NCBI GenBank assembly: GCA_049724395.1
Contig: JAUGWO010000121.1
Span: 62,001-126,000, forward strand
Origin: Spongospora subterranea f. sp. subterranea
Taxonomy: Eukaryota
Direction of reading: 5' to 3'
Length of the DNA stretch: 64,000 nt
In this document: positions 39,330 to 51,179 of the stretch, one piece after another
How the letters are laid out: each line of letters opens with the position of its first letter
Position numbering within the stretch: position 1 is the stretch's first letter
Notes under the pieces: model-generated
What the model was told of the DNA's origin: nothing
What the model saw: only the letters and a program-made list of their open reading frames with translations
The model's database searches: none
Made by a program: the position numbers and the translations under genes

Positions 39330-40605
39330 ATGGTGCGAGTTTCCGAAAGAAGCCGATTGTTGAGGGACCTTGATGGCGCTTTAGTCATTTTAGTGGTTCA
39401 GCAAATTCTGTTTCGATACTCACACCCTGTCGTAGCAGCTCGGGCCCGCAAAACAGCAAACATGCTAATGGTTGTTAAAGCAGGGGTCATGGAGCAGCGC
39501 TTTATCAACACTCGACGTAAACTCAGCAAAGAGCTGGGAGCTTTGAAAATTTTGCCCTTGCTTGAAATTGATGAGTTCATTCAAGAAGTTCGAGTTTGTC
39601 AGCAAACTTTTGCTTTCATTCTGCACGAAATTGAAGGTAGTTTCCCTACTTAAGTAGAAGGTAAACTCACGCTGACATTCTGCAGACGACCCAATATTTC
39701 ACAATAATTCTACCTGCCCGCAGCGTGAGACATGGATTCAGTTGGCCTGCGCTCTTGATCGTATTGGCCATTTTGGAAATGGATCAGCGGTCGGTAGAGT
39801 TGCCAGGGCTAAAGGAATAGGTTACGGAAGCGTAATCTTGTACACCAAACGAGTGATTCATGCCTTGAAGAACCTTTCTTTAAAGTATATTTATTGGCCT
39901 GATGCCTCCGAAAGAGAAAAATTAAGCGCCTTTAATCTGACAGAATTCGGCTTCGATAATTGTATCTTATCAACCGATGGCACTCATGTCGTTCTGGCTC
40001 AGAAGCCAAACCTTGATGGTGAGGTGTACTATAACAGAAAGTGCACATACTCCATGAATGTGATGCTTACATTCGATCACAAACGGCAAATTCGTTATCT
40101 TATCGCTGGTTGGCCAGGATCAGTTCATGATTCAAGTATATGGGAATCAGGACACGTCCACAAAGACCCCGAGAGATATTTCAGTCCTGGCCAGTATCAG
40201 TTTGGCGATTCAGGGTTTTCTCTTACCAGGCAAATGCTGGTCCCGTACCGTCAACCTGCAGCTTCAGTCGCAGAAAATGAAGAATTTAACTTCAGGCTTT
40301 CGCGAGGCCGTGTTGTTTCAGAACATGGCAATGGCATTTTGAAAGGTCGATGGCAGTCACTTCGTGCATTACCTATTTGCATTAACAAAGGCGTTCATGT
40401 CAATCTTGTTTGTGATTGGATTGTTGCCAGCTGCGTTTTGCACAATATCGTCAATTCACGCCGACTGGTAGCAGACGAAGTTCCACTAGAACCTGTACAT
40501 GAGGAAGATGCCCTTGGACAAGGAGGGCCAAATCAAATCATTCATGATTCCCTTCAACAGTGGCGTCGGGACATTCAACAGAAGGTACTGCATTACTGGG
40601 CATAA
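39330..40605 (+). CDS. Harbinger-type DDE transposase (DDE_Tnp_4/HARBI1-like), 408 aa, 2 exons
   Basis: Exons 39330-39636 and 39686-40605 (49-nt GT-AG intron) splice in frame. Catalytic STDGTH, GDSGF and RVVSEHGNGILKGRW are present, plus YYNRK, GWPGSVHD and CVLHN. Confidence 0.95.
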
Positions 40606-40637
40606 CATTTATGGAAACAGAAGCAATGGCAAACTTT

Positions 40638-41667
40638 TTATGGAAACACAAGAAGTAAAGCTTCCTTTATCTCTTCAATGCTGTGACCCGCCTGCTTGAG
40701 ACTGGCCACCATGTTGCCTTTGGCAACCTGTATTGCTAAAAGTGATTGATCTTCCCGCTTCTGGGCTTCGATCGCTGCAAGTTTTTCCTGTAAGGCCATT
40801 TCTCTGTCCAGTTTCTGGCGGTCAAACTCAAGTTGATTGACTTGAATTTCGGCCAAGACAGCGGCAAAATCCTTTTTCTGATTCTTCGGGAGAATATTTT
40901 GAGGGGTATTGTGGAGAGGAAACTCCATTTTTTGATCTGCATCTTTTGAATGGACGGCGACGCGATGACGTAATCGACCGTCCGGCGCTACTTTTCTCGG
41001 TTACTGTAAAATCAAGCACGCGGTCAGGCGACTGGACCCTCTCGTCACGAGGATCCAAAGAAACTTGGCTCTCAGAAGCATTGTTCAGCGAGTGGGGGTC
41101 ATCAATATCTTCCTCTTCAGCGTCATTTGAATTTTCGGAATCGATATCACTCTCCGACGAAATATTTTGGCCAACGCTTGAGAACGTGTTAAAAAACTGG
41201 CTACCTACGCCGGGAATATTTCCTAATTCAACAACAGCGGATGGTGCAATATTCTGCCGGTGACCAAACAACGCGTCCATGCGCGAGTAAAAGGGACATT
41301 GCGACTCGAGCTTGTCCTCAATTGTGAGGATGTCTTTGGCTCTGTCTTTGTCGTTAACGCCCCATCCGGTTTGTGACCGTTCTTTCCTGGTTTTCTTGTA
41401 CAATTTCCAGTAGCTGTTATATCGGCTCTTAGCGTCCTCATGGGACCAATGGCGGTCCTTCTGATTAATCATAGAATTAACAAAAGCCGCCATGTCTTTG
41501 AAACCTTCAACTTTTTTTAACTTCTGGCCGGCGACCATTGCCTTGCCCTGGGCAGCTCCTCCAGTGACAATCAGAAAATTTTCTGGATTCTCCAAAAACG
41601 TCACTATTGCCAGGATTTCGGTTTTGCTGGTGCGTTTGCGACCGATGGTGGAGACCTTTCCCGGCAT
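40638..41667 (-). CDS. Harbinger accessory Myb/SANT-like DNA-binding protein with a C-terminal coiled coil (one frame break near 40890-40930)
   Basis: EILAIVTFLENPENF...KKVEGFKDMAAFVN...WSHEDAKSRYNSYWKLYK...LESQCPFYSRMDALFGHRQN, an acidic linker, then KKDFAAVLAEIQ...LKQAGHSIEEIKEAL in a shifted frame. Confidence 0.85.
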
Positions 41668-41705
41668 CGTTATCTCAAATGATGAATCCAAAATCTGCGC
41701 CCACG

Positions 41706-41769
41706 GGAAATCCGAATCTTAATTAAGATACTCCTCTGGAGGAGTATCTTAATTAAGATTCGGATTTCC
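41706..41769. repeat. Perfect 64-bp palindrome (31-bp arms, 2-nt loop) in the transposon subterminal region
   Basis: GGAAATCCGAATCTTAATTAAGATACTCCTC-TG-GAGGAGTATCTTAATTAAGATTCGGATTTCC. Confidence 0.98.
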
Positions 41770-41841
41770 GGGCTATATATACATCAGGGAAATTCGGATT
41801 TTAAACTGCGCAAAATTGCAGGTTTGATACCCCCTAATCTA

Positions 41842-43476
41842 ATGTTTGTGAAACTAATCTTCAACGATGGTAATGACGCCCAGCTAATTCATTTGAGGGA
41901 CACAAGGGACTTTTCTGTAATTCAGGATGTTCTTCAGCTTCGTGGGTATGGCAAGCAAGTTTGGGTCGACGGTGCAGTTTCATTGTTGATTACAAATGCT
42001 GCACAGTTGCACAACGCAATTATCAACCATACCGGCTCCGAGCCAATTGTCATTCAATCCCGTTCAAAGCCCGACAAAATATCTACGTTGGATTTGCCTG
42101 CTCATACAGCTGGAAAATTCTATGGTCATAAAGACCATCCAATGATCATAACACATGATATTGGGATGAGGGCTATCTCGGGTAAAAAAACACAACCGAC
42201 ATCGTCCATCCACTTAGAACAAAGTGAAATGTCCAAGGAACAGATCTTAAAATGGTTGGCTGACAGAAAGGGGTCATCAATTCGGATCATTGAAAGGGCC
42301 CTGAACCTGTGGCGACCCAAAATGGGGACCAACCTTGCTCTGATAGTGCAGAATCTGGCTCCGGAGAAAGTCAGTGAAATTATATTGGAAGTGCTGCCCT
42401 TTGTTGCCAGCATTGCATCACAATGGCGGGATATATCACTCTCATCATCACCAACAACAATAATTGCAAGCCACGACGCAGCCGCTATTATAGCAGGGAA
42501 TCTCCTCGGCATCAACCCTTGTTCGAATCTGCACAGTCTGTTGACTTCTGACCTGAAAGATAGGTCTGACCTCGATGATCGTCGTCGATGCATTCTCGCA
42601 TTGATGGGATATTTTAAGAAACAGATCCTTTTGAAAAATAGACAAATTACGTTCAGCAGACATAACCCAAACATGAAATACACAGGTAGTGAGCTGGAAT
42701 TGAATTCCATTCCGGTTATGGTCCCAATACTTGAAGGTTCGTTGACCCCAGAAGGGCCTGGGCTGTGTCCTGTTCAGGTACTGCACACGTGCAATTCCAA
42801 TCATGTGCCGTATTCAGCAATTATACAGGTCTGGTTCGTGGATACCAATATCGTTTGTCTGCGCAGCAATAATGTTCATCCAGAACGGTGGCAACGTCTG
42901 TTGTCGTTCCCCGATATAATGGCTGTGGATAATGTACAGAAACCGTTGGCCGCTGGCGATTTGATTATATGTTCAGGGCTGATGCAGTACTTCGCATATC
43001 GCCCAATGAATCAACAATATCAACCGTGCCAGAACGAGATCACCATCGCTTGTACATCATTCGACGACGTTTCAGAGCATGCAAACTTCTACAGCGAATC
43101 ATACATGATCGAAATTATCAATCGTTGGATCTCGTTGTTCAGTAACTGTCCCGATCAACTCATCGCCTGCAAGTCTATGGAAAAAGGCCCATATGATATG
43201 AATTTCCTTTTGGTGGCGCTTGCCGCAACAATTGCCCGTCGACGCATTGTTTTTTGCAAAGATGTATCGGCCCACGTTCATGCAGTTCCATTGACTGATC
43301 TGACCGAGATTCTCCCGACTTTGGCAAGAACAAGCGTTGCAGAGCTATGGCGCTTTTTGAAAACCGTAAACTTATGCGATGGTCCGATACTACATCAGCT
43401 CTCGATACTTGTATCGAATGGCTATCCTCAGCCTTCTCGCAGTCGCAGGTTGTTCAATCGAGTATTGATTACATAA
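41842..43476 (+). CDS. Intronless 544-aa protein resembling a catalytically degenerate poly(ADP-ribose) glycohydrolase (PARG-like)
   Basis: Ordered similarity to PARG blocks: IASHDAAAIIAGNLL, NLHSLL, ILALMGYF...QITFSR, QVWFVDTNI, SFPDIMAV, PLAAGDLIICSGLMQYFAY, SVAELWRFL. The GGG-x-QEE motif is absent. Confidence 0.55.
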   Translation: MFVKLIFNDGNDAQLIHLRDTRDFSVIQDVLQLRGYGKQVWVDGAVSLLITNAAQLHNAIINHTGSEPIVIQSRSKPDKISTLDLPAHTAGKFYGHKDHPMIITHDIGMRAISGKKTQPTSSIHLEQSEMSKEQILKWLADRKGSSIRIIERALNLWRPKMGTNLALIVQNLAPEKVSEIILEVLPFVASIASQWRDISLSSSPTTIIASHDAAAIIAGNLLGINPCSNLHSLLTSDLKDRSDLDDRRRCILALMGYFKKQILLKNRQITFSRHNPNMKYTGSELELNSIPVMVPILEGSLTPEGPGLCPVQVLHTCNSNHVPYSAIIQVWFVDTNIVCLRSNNVHPERWQRLLSFPDIMAVDNVQKPLAAGDLIICSGLMQYFAYRPMNQQYQPCQNEITIACTSFDDVSEHANFYSESYMIEIINRWISLFSNCPDQLIACKSMEKGPYDMNFLLVALAATIARRRIVFCKDVSAHVHAVPLTDLTEILPTLARTSVAELWRFLKTVNLCDGPILHQLSILVSNGYPQPSRSRRLFNRVLIT

Positions 43477-43562
43477 GATTTACAACTTCGACAGAGAAAA
43501 ATCAATTTGATAAAAGTAGCGGTACCGTGGATAGTGAATGCTCGGTAATCTACAGTACGATT

Positions 43563-43915
43563 TCATTCATCAGAATTTTGTTCTTTGATTTTTGATCGAG
43601 CGTGCAATTTAAATAGCCTTTTTTTTGCTTGATCAGGAATTTGCGCAAACTCAGTTTTCTTTAATTCTGTCAACGACGGAAGCTCTGTCGGAATAGTCCA
43701 TAACCATTCAGGGTAGTCTTGAGTGGGCACAATCTCTTCTCCCTCTATTATGTTCAGAAAACTGATATCGACGGGAGGCAAATTATCTGGAACGTTTGCA
43801 GAAAGCATGCGCCCTGAAGTACAAGACCATCAGAAAAACATCGAGAAATCTTATGCGCCCTACGAAGTCTTGGTATCTGAGTAAGCTGTTTCCTGCAACG
43901 CATCATCAATGCCAT
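43563..43915 (-). CDS. MRPL54: Mitochondrial ribosomal protein mL54
   Basis: LNIIEGEEIVPTQDYPEWLWTI...KRLFKLHARSKIKEQN. A short presequence exon starts at ATG 43915. Confidence 0.85.
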
Positions 43916-44365
43916 AACCTCCGTTCAGTAGACAGTGCCGATTTGGCCAGTTTTCACCAAGTCCGTCAGTCATGATTCATGACATCAACTGCGAAACTGA
44001 CAGGCTACATATGACGGCACCAGATCAGAACAAAGTTTCCTATCCGAATTATTAGATCGAACTCGATTGATATTAGATGCCAGTTTACGCTCGGTGAATT
44101 CGCGTATTGGGAAATGCAGATGGTTTATTAAGTCGCTATAGAAGAATCATGGGTTATGAAAAAAAAAGTACACAACGTTCAAAAGTGGAAGTTTATTGCA
44201 AAAAAAAATCGTTCAGGGTTCAGTTCCATGTTTTAAACGCTTCAAGGTCGATGTGCCTTGTTACGGAGTTGATGTCTGGTTGCCGACGCCGTGGCCCTTT
44301 ACCCAACTGCAGCTGGCTGCAGATTTTGTTTCCACTGACACAACTGGGATCACTACCGCCCGCCT

Positions 44366-45745
44366 ATGGGGATCAAACACTTATTGTCTTGGTGTGTACA
44401 AGCCGTTAACCCATCCCACCTGATCGGACTCCATCATTTGCGTCAGGTCGACACACTTGCCGTTGACCTGAACGAGATTCTTTACCGGGCACTTCACCGT
44501 AGTAATGGCTGCGAGAAGAGGTTTCTTAACAATAGTCTGCAGCGATTACGACGACTGATTCGTCAAGTCCAACCCAGTACAAATATCGGTATTTTTATGG
44601 ATGGCCCAGCCTCTCACAGCAAAATAATAACGCAAATCAAGCGTAGGCGCGCTGCCCCTCCTGAAGCTATGGAGGTAGCTCCTGTATTTTCCCGGTTGGC
44701 ATTGACATGTGGGACCCCCACTATGAGGTCAATTGCCGAGGCAATTTTCGAAATGGCAAAAACAAGTGGCCGCCATATCCGCCTTAGCACCAGCGAAGAA
44801 CCAGGAGAGGGCGAGGTCAAAATTGTAAAATGGTTAAAAACTATTGCCCCCGAGAGCCTTGGCAATATTGTAGTATTTGGCAGCGATGCTGACTTGATTC
44901 CAATTTGTTGCGCTCAGCCATTGTTGCATCGTTCACGTGTTTGTTTCGATCCCACCAATAATCTGACGATTCCCGTTCGTGCGATCCGAGAAGTTTTTGG
45001 TCATAGCGGCTCATCGTCGAAAAATATCGCAATCCAAGACATTGCTGTACTGATGATTCTACTTGGAAACGACTATCTGCCAAGACTTGCTGGTCTCACT
45101 CCGGATATTGCTCTGAAAGTATTCAGCGATCTGGGGTTCCCGAACCTGGTCCATTATGATAAAGGGTCTCCTGTCCTTTCTCGTGTATCCCTCATAAAGT
45201 TCTTCAAGCAGTTCATGTCCAGAAATATCGAGGATTTGAACGATAACCATAAGAAATGTTGCCCCGAGAAGTACTTCAAAGGTGTTGCCTGGGTCATCGA
45301 CACTTATGTCGCTGGAGAATGCCCCGATTACACATTTCACCTCAACGCTGGTGACACAATTTCGGTCCGAGCCTGCTATGAATGGCTTCTGGAATCCACA
45401 GACGAATACATCTTGCCTCATCGGACGTCAGCAATGGCTTTGGATTCCGACGTTATTCAGCTGTTGGTGACGCCCCTGTGGGGCAGATCCATGATATCGC
45501 CTCATTTACGATCAGCTATGGATTCAAGTTCTGAAATCGGGCACTTGTATCAGCCACCTTGCCCAGCCTGTGCTGCATTTCGACAGCTGTTAAGTTCATT
45601 CCAAGGTCCATCATTAACAATCGAAGACACCGAGTTCCGCAGATCGACGTATCTTGAATATTCGGATCATGTCAAATCTGAACATCCCAAAATTGCCTTG
45701 CCCGTCAACGACATCCTCAAATATCTCGCCAACTCTACGAGATAA
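44366..45745 (+). CDS. XRN-family 5'-3' exoribonuclease, short intronless form (459 aa)
   Basis: MGIKHLLSW, DTLAVDLNEILY, FMDGPASHSKIITQIKRR, LTCGT, EPGEGEVKI, FGSDADLI, LGNDYLP, YFKGVAWVIDTY. Confidence 0.9.
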   Translation: MGIKHLLSWCVQAVNPSHLIGLHHLRQVDTLAVDLNEILYRALHRSNGCEKRFLNNSLQRLRRLIRQVQPSTNIGIFMDGPASHSKIITQIKRRRAAPPEAMEVAPVFSRLALTCGTPTMRSIAEAIFEMAKTSGRHIRLSTSEEPGEGEVKIVKWLKTIAPESLGNIVVFGSDADLIPICCAQPLLHRSRVCFDPTNNLTIPVRAIREVFGHSGSSSKNIAIQDIAVLMILLGNDYLPRLAGLTPDIALKVFSDLGFPNLVHYDKGSPVLSRVSLIKFFKQFMSRNIEDLNDNHKKCCPEKYFKGVAWVIDTYVAGECPDYTFHLNAGDTISVRACYEWLLESTDEYILPHRTSAMALDSDVIQLLVTPLWGRSMISPHLRSAMDSSSEIGHLYQPPCPACAAFRQLLSSFQGPSLTIEDTEFRRSTYLEYSDHVKSEHPKIALPVNDILKYLANSTR

Positions 45746-45928
45746 ATACATGACATTTATTTATATAGCCATCATTAACAATCGAAGACACCGAGTTCCG
45801 CAGATCGACGTATCTTGAATATTCGGATCATGTCAAAGCTGAACATCCCAAAATTGCCTTGCCCGTCAACGACAGCCTCAAATATCTCGCCAACTCTACG
45901 AGATAAATACATGACATTTATTTATATA
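45608..45928 (+). repeat. 160-bp tandem duplication of the XRN gene 3' end and 3' UTR
   Basis: 45608-45767 is repeated at 45769-45928 with two T>G differences. Confidence 0.95.
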
Positions 45929-46943
45929 CTATACCGGCAACGTCCACTTAGAGACCCTGCTTGTGTTCAAAGAAGCGTATTATGTATGTAGCTACACGAC
46001 AACGGAGAAAACGATCTGACAAATAAACTACTCTCTGCACCGAGACTGGTACGAAATCCAAACAGGGAGGCAAAGTAATAAAAACGCGAATTGTGCTGAA
46101 ATGCTGTCGATTTACAGGAACTTGTTCAGAAAATATTCTTATGTAGGTCTTGATCAAACCACGTTACTTTTTGATCAAGGCAATTGTTGCCGGCTAAGTA
46201 AGATCATGAACAGATCTCGCAAATATGACATACTGTTTGGCATTATTACGACTTGTAAATCCTTTGACGGAAGTTTCTCCGGCAATCTGCTACAGCTTCC
46301 TTGCCGTATGCACCTCTAATGTTTGAAAGGTAGCGTGCGCGATATGTCGGACGAACTGAGAGGTCAATCATACTCCTACAGTGAGAGGATAAAACGACGT
46401 TTTCACAGGGTGTGTTTGAGGTTGCATCGTCTGTATACCCTCTGCGACAAATACAATTGAGGATATGCCATAGGGTTCACAAAAATAAATCCTCGCCATT
46501 ATTTTATAGATTGTTGCACACACCTTCCACGGCTTTACAATACCATCGATAACTACACTAAACATTGTCAATTCTTCTGTTTTTCGATTCGATTCTGATT
46601 GGATGCGTAAACAGATGGAACAAAGCTAAAACCCAGACCACAATTTTTTGCCCAGACGCAGAGTGAGGAAACAAAGATACTACTGTGTAACGAGTAAAGA
46701 GAGAAAAATCTGAAGAGCGGTTGGGCTAGAATCTATATAATTGGATCGGCTGGTGTGACGGGCGACAGACAGCTCAACATCAAAGGGCAAAAGTTCGGCA
46801 TGGGTGAAGGACGGCGTAACCCTGTCAACTCGCAAGTCCGTGCGCTTCAGGTCGCCAATACGAAAAACGGAACGGCGACGCTCTGTACGACTCGACAAAA
46901 TCTGCAACTTCAACCGTTTGTCAAAATAGTCAATTCCCGATAA

Positions 46944-48212
46944 ATGTCGTCATCACCACGGAACGATGTCGTTTGTGATGAGCCGATGCTAATGGAGAAT
47001 TCGCAGCGGTTCGTTCTGTTCCCGATCGAGCATTCCGATATTTGGAATATGTACAAGAAACATGTAGCTTCATTCTGGACAGCAGAAGAAATTGACCTTT
47101 CTCAGGTAATTTCAGAAAAGCCCTTAGCATTTCAGATTTTGAGTACTGTTCAGGATGCCAAAGACTGGTCATCATTAAATGATGACGAAAAGCACTTCAT
47201 CAAGACAGTTTTGGCATTCTTTGCTGCGAGGTACCGTTTCTATTTCAAATATGCGTTTATACCTATCGATTGGTTTAGCGACGGTATTGTTTTGGAGAAC
47301 CTCGGTAACAGGTTTATGCGTGAAGTACAATGGCCAGAAATTCGTTGCTTCTATGGATTTCAGATGGCGATGGAGAATATTCATTCAGAGACGTAATTCG
47401 ATCTTGATAATTGTTGCGGAGACTCTTTTCCAAGGGTTTGTACAGATATTCGCTTTTGATTGATACCTATATCAAAGACCCAGCTGAAAAAGCGCATCTT
47501 TTCAACGCAGTTGACACGATTCCTTGTGTTTCGTAAGAAAGCAGATTGGGCTTTGAAATGGATCTCGGATTCCCAGCCATTTGGTATATGACGAACGGGT
47601 TCTTTTGTTTTCCTGACGGTTGATAAGCCTAAACCTCATTGTAATCAGGTGTGCGATTAGTGGCATTCGCCGCAGTTGAGGGCATTTTCTTCAGCGGATC
47701 ATTCTGTTCTATATTCTGGCTCAAGAAGCGCGGCTTGATGCACGGGCTTTCATTCAGCAACGAGCTCATATCTCGAGATGAAGGTCTGCACACTGATTTC
47801 GCCTGTCTTCTTTTCAGCATGCTTAAGAACAAACCCAACGCCGACACTGTAAATTTCCAACAACTGTCAACTGTTTTTTTCTCGTTTTTATTGCTGTTTC
47901 CAGGTTCGTAACATCATCATCGAGGCAGTCGCTATTGAAATCGGATTCGTTTGCGAGTCATTGCCTGTTGACTTGATCGGAATGAATTCGAAGATGATGT
48001 CGAACTACATTCAATTCGTTGCCGATCGTCTACTGTTGGCGCTTGGCTTGGAGAAGTATTATAAGACGGAGAATCCTTTCGAATGGATGGATTTGATCAG
48101 TCTCCAAGGAAAGACCAATTTTTTCGAGAAAAGGGTTGGTGACTACCAAAAAGCTGGTGTTATGTCTCCGGACCGCTCTCAGCATTCATTCCGACTTGAC
48201 GCCGACTTTTAA
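46944..48212 (+). CDS. RRM2: Ribonucleoside-diphosphate reductase small subunit (multi-exon; apparent 1-nt insertion at 47529-47531)
   Basis: [71 protein letters not shown], terminal LDADF. Confidence 0.97.
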
Positions 48213-48667
48213 ACAGATAATACTGTACATCTTTGTTTTTTCCCTTCTTAAAATCAGAGAGCTCTTTTAATATGGAATTCGATGGAACATAGTCTGGTGC
48301 ATTGCGACGCTCTCTCAGGCTTACTGCGTTCCAAATAGTTTACATGTAGTTGCGCTACTGACTGAATTCCAGAGATTCCCATAGTTTTTATATTGTCTAA
48401 AAGTAGAGATTTATACCGTCGCCCTAGTATCTATATTCGCGAGGACCTTTGACTGATAGGTTGACCTCATTAATGTGTTTTCCCGCCTAGATCATGTAAC
48501 AGGTAATGCAAACGCGACTAGACTATCCTACGGCGTTCATGAGTTTTCGAACGCATTTGCAACGTGTAGTGTACACCTGTCTGAGTGGGACCCATTTTGC
48601 TGCATTCTCCAATCACAACTTACATCATATTCGGTGTCCATCTAACTGTTGCTACAGGATAATCAAA

Positions 48668-51100
<2,433 letters not shown>

Positions 51101-51179
51101 AATTGAAACTCATATTTATGTACATTATATTTTAATTTACTGTGTGCATTGTACAAGCGAACCGAGGATAGACGTCAGT

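Larger units (their letters stand above)
39206..41835. mobile_element. Full-length PIF/Harbinger-superfamily (PHIS) DNA transposon, 2630 bp
   Basis: Perfect 17-bp TIRs AGGGGGTATCAAACCTG (39206-39222) and CAGGTTTGATACCCCCT (41819-41835). AAT lies on both flanks (39203-39205, 41836-41838). Convergent transposase and Myb-like genes. Confidence 0.95.

Noticed and set aside
42126..42710. 194-aa antisense ORF and other long antisense ORFs (for example 381-863, 5311-5637)
   Set aside because: These are shadow frames opposite well-supported coding strands.
45948..46620. Possible small minus-strand gene between XRN and RRM2
   Set aside because: There are intron-like signals but no coherent spliced product or homology was recognised.
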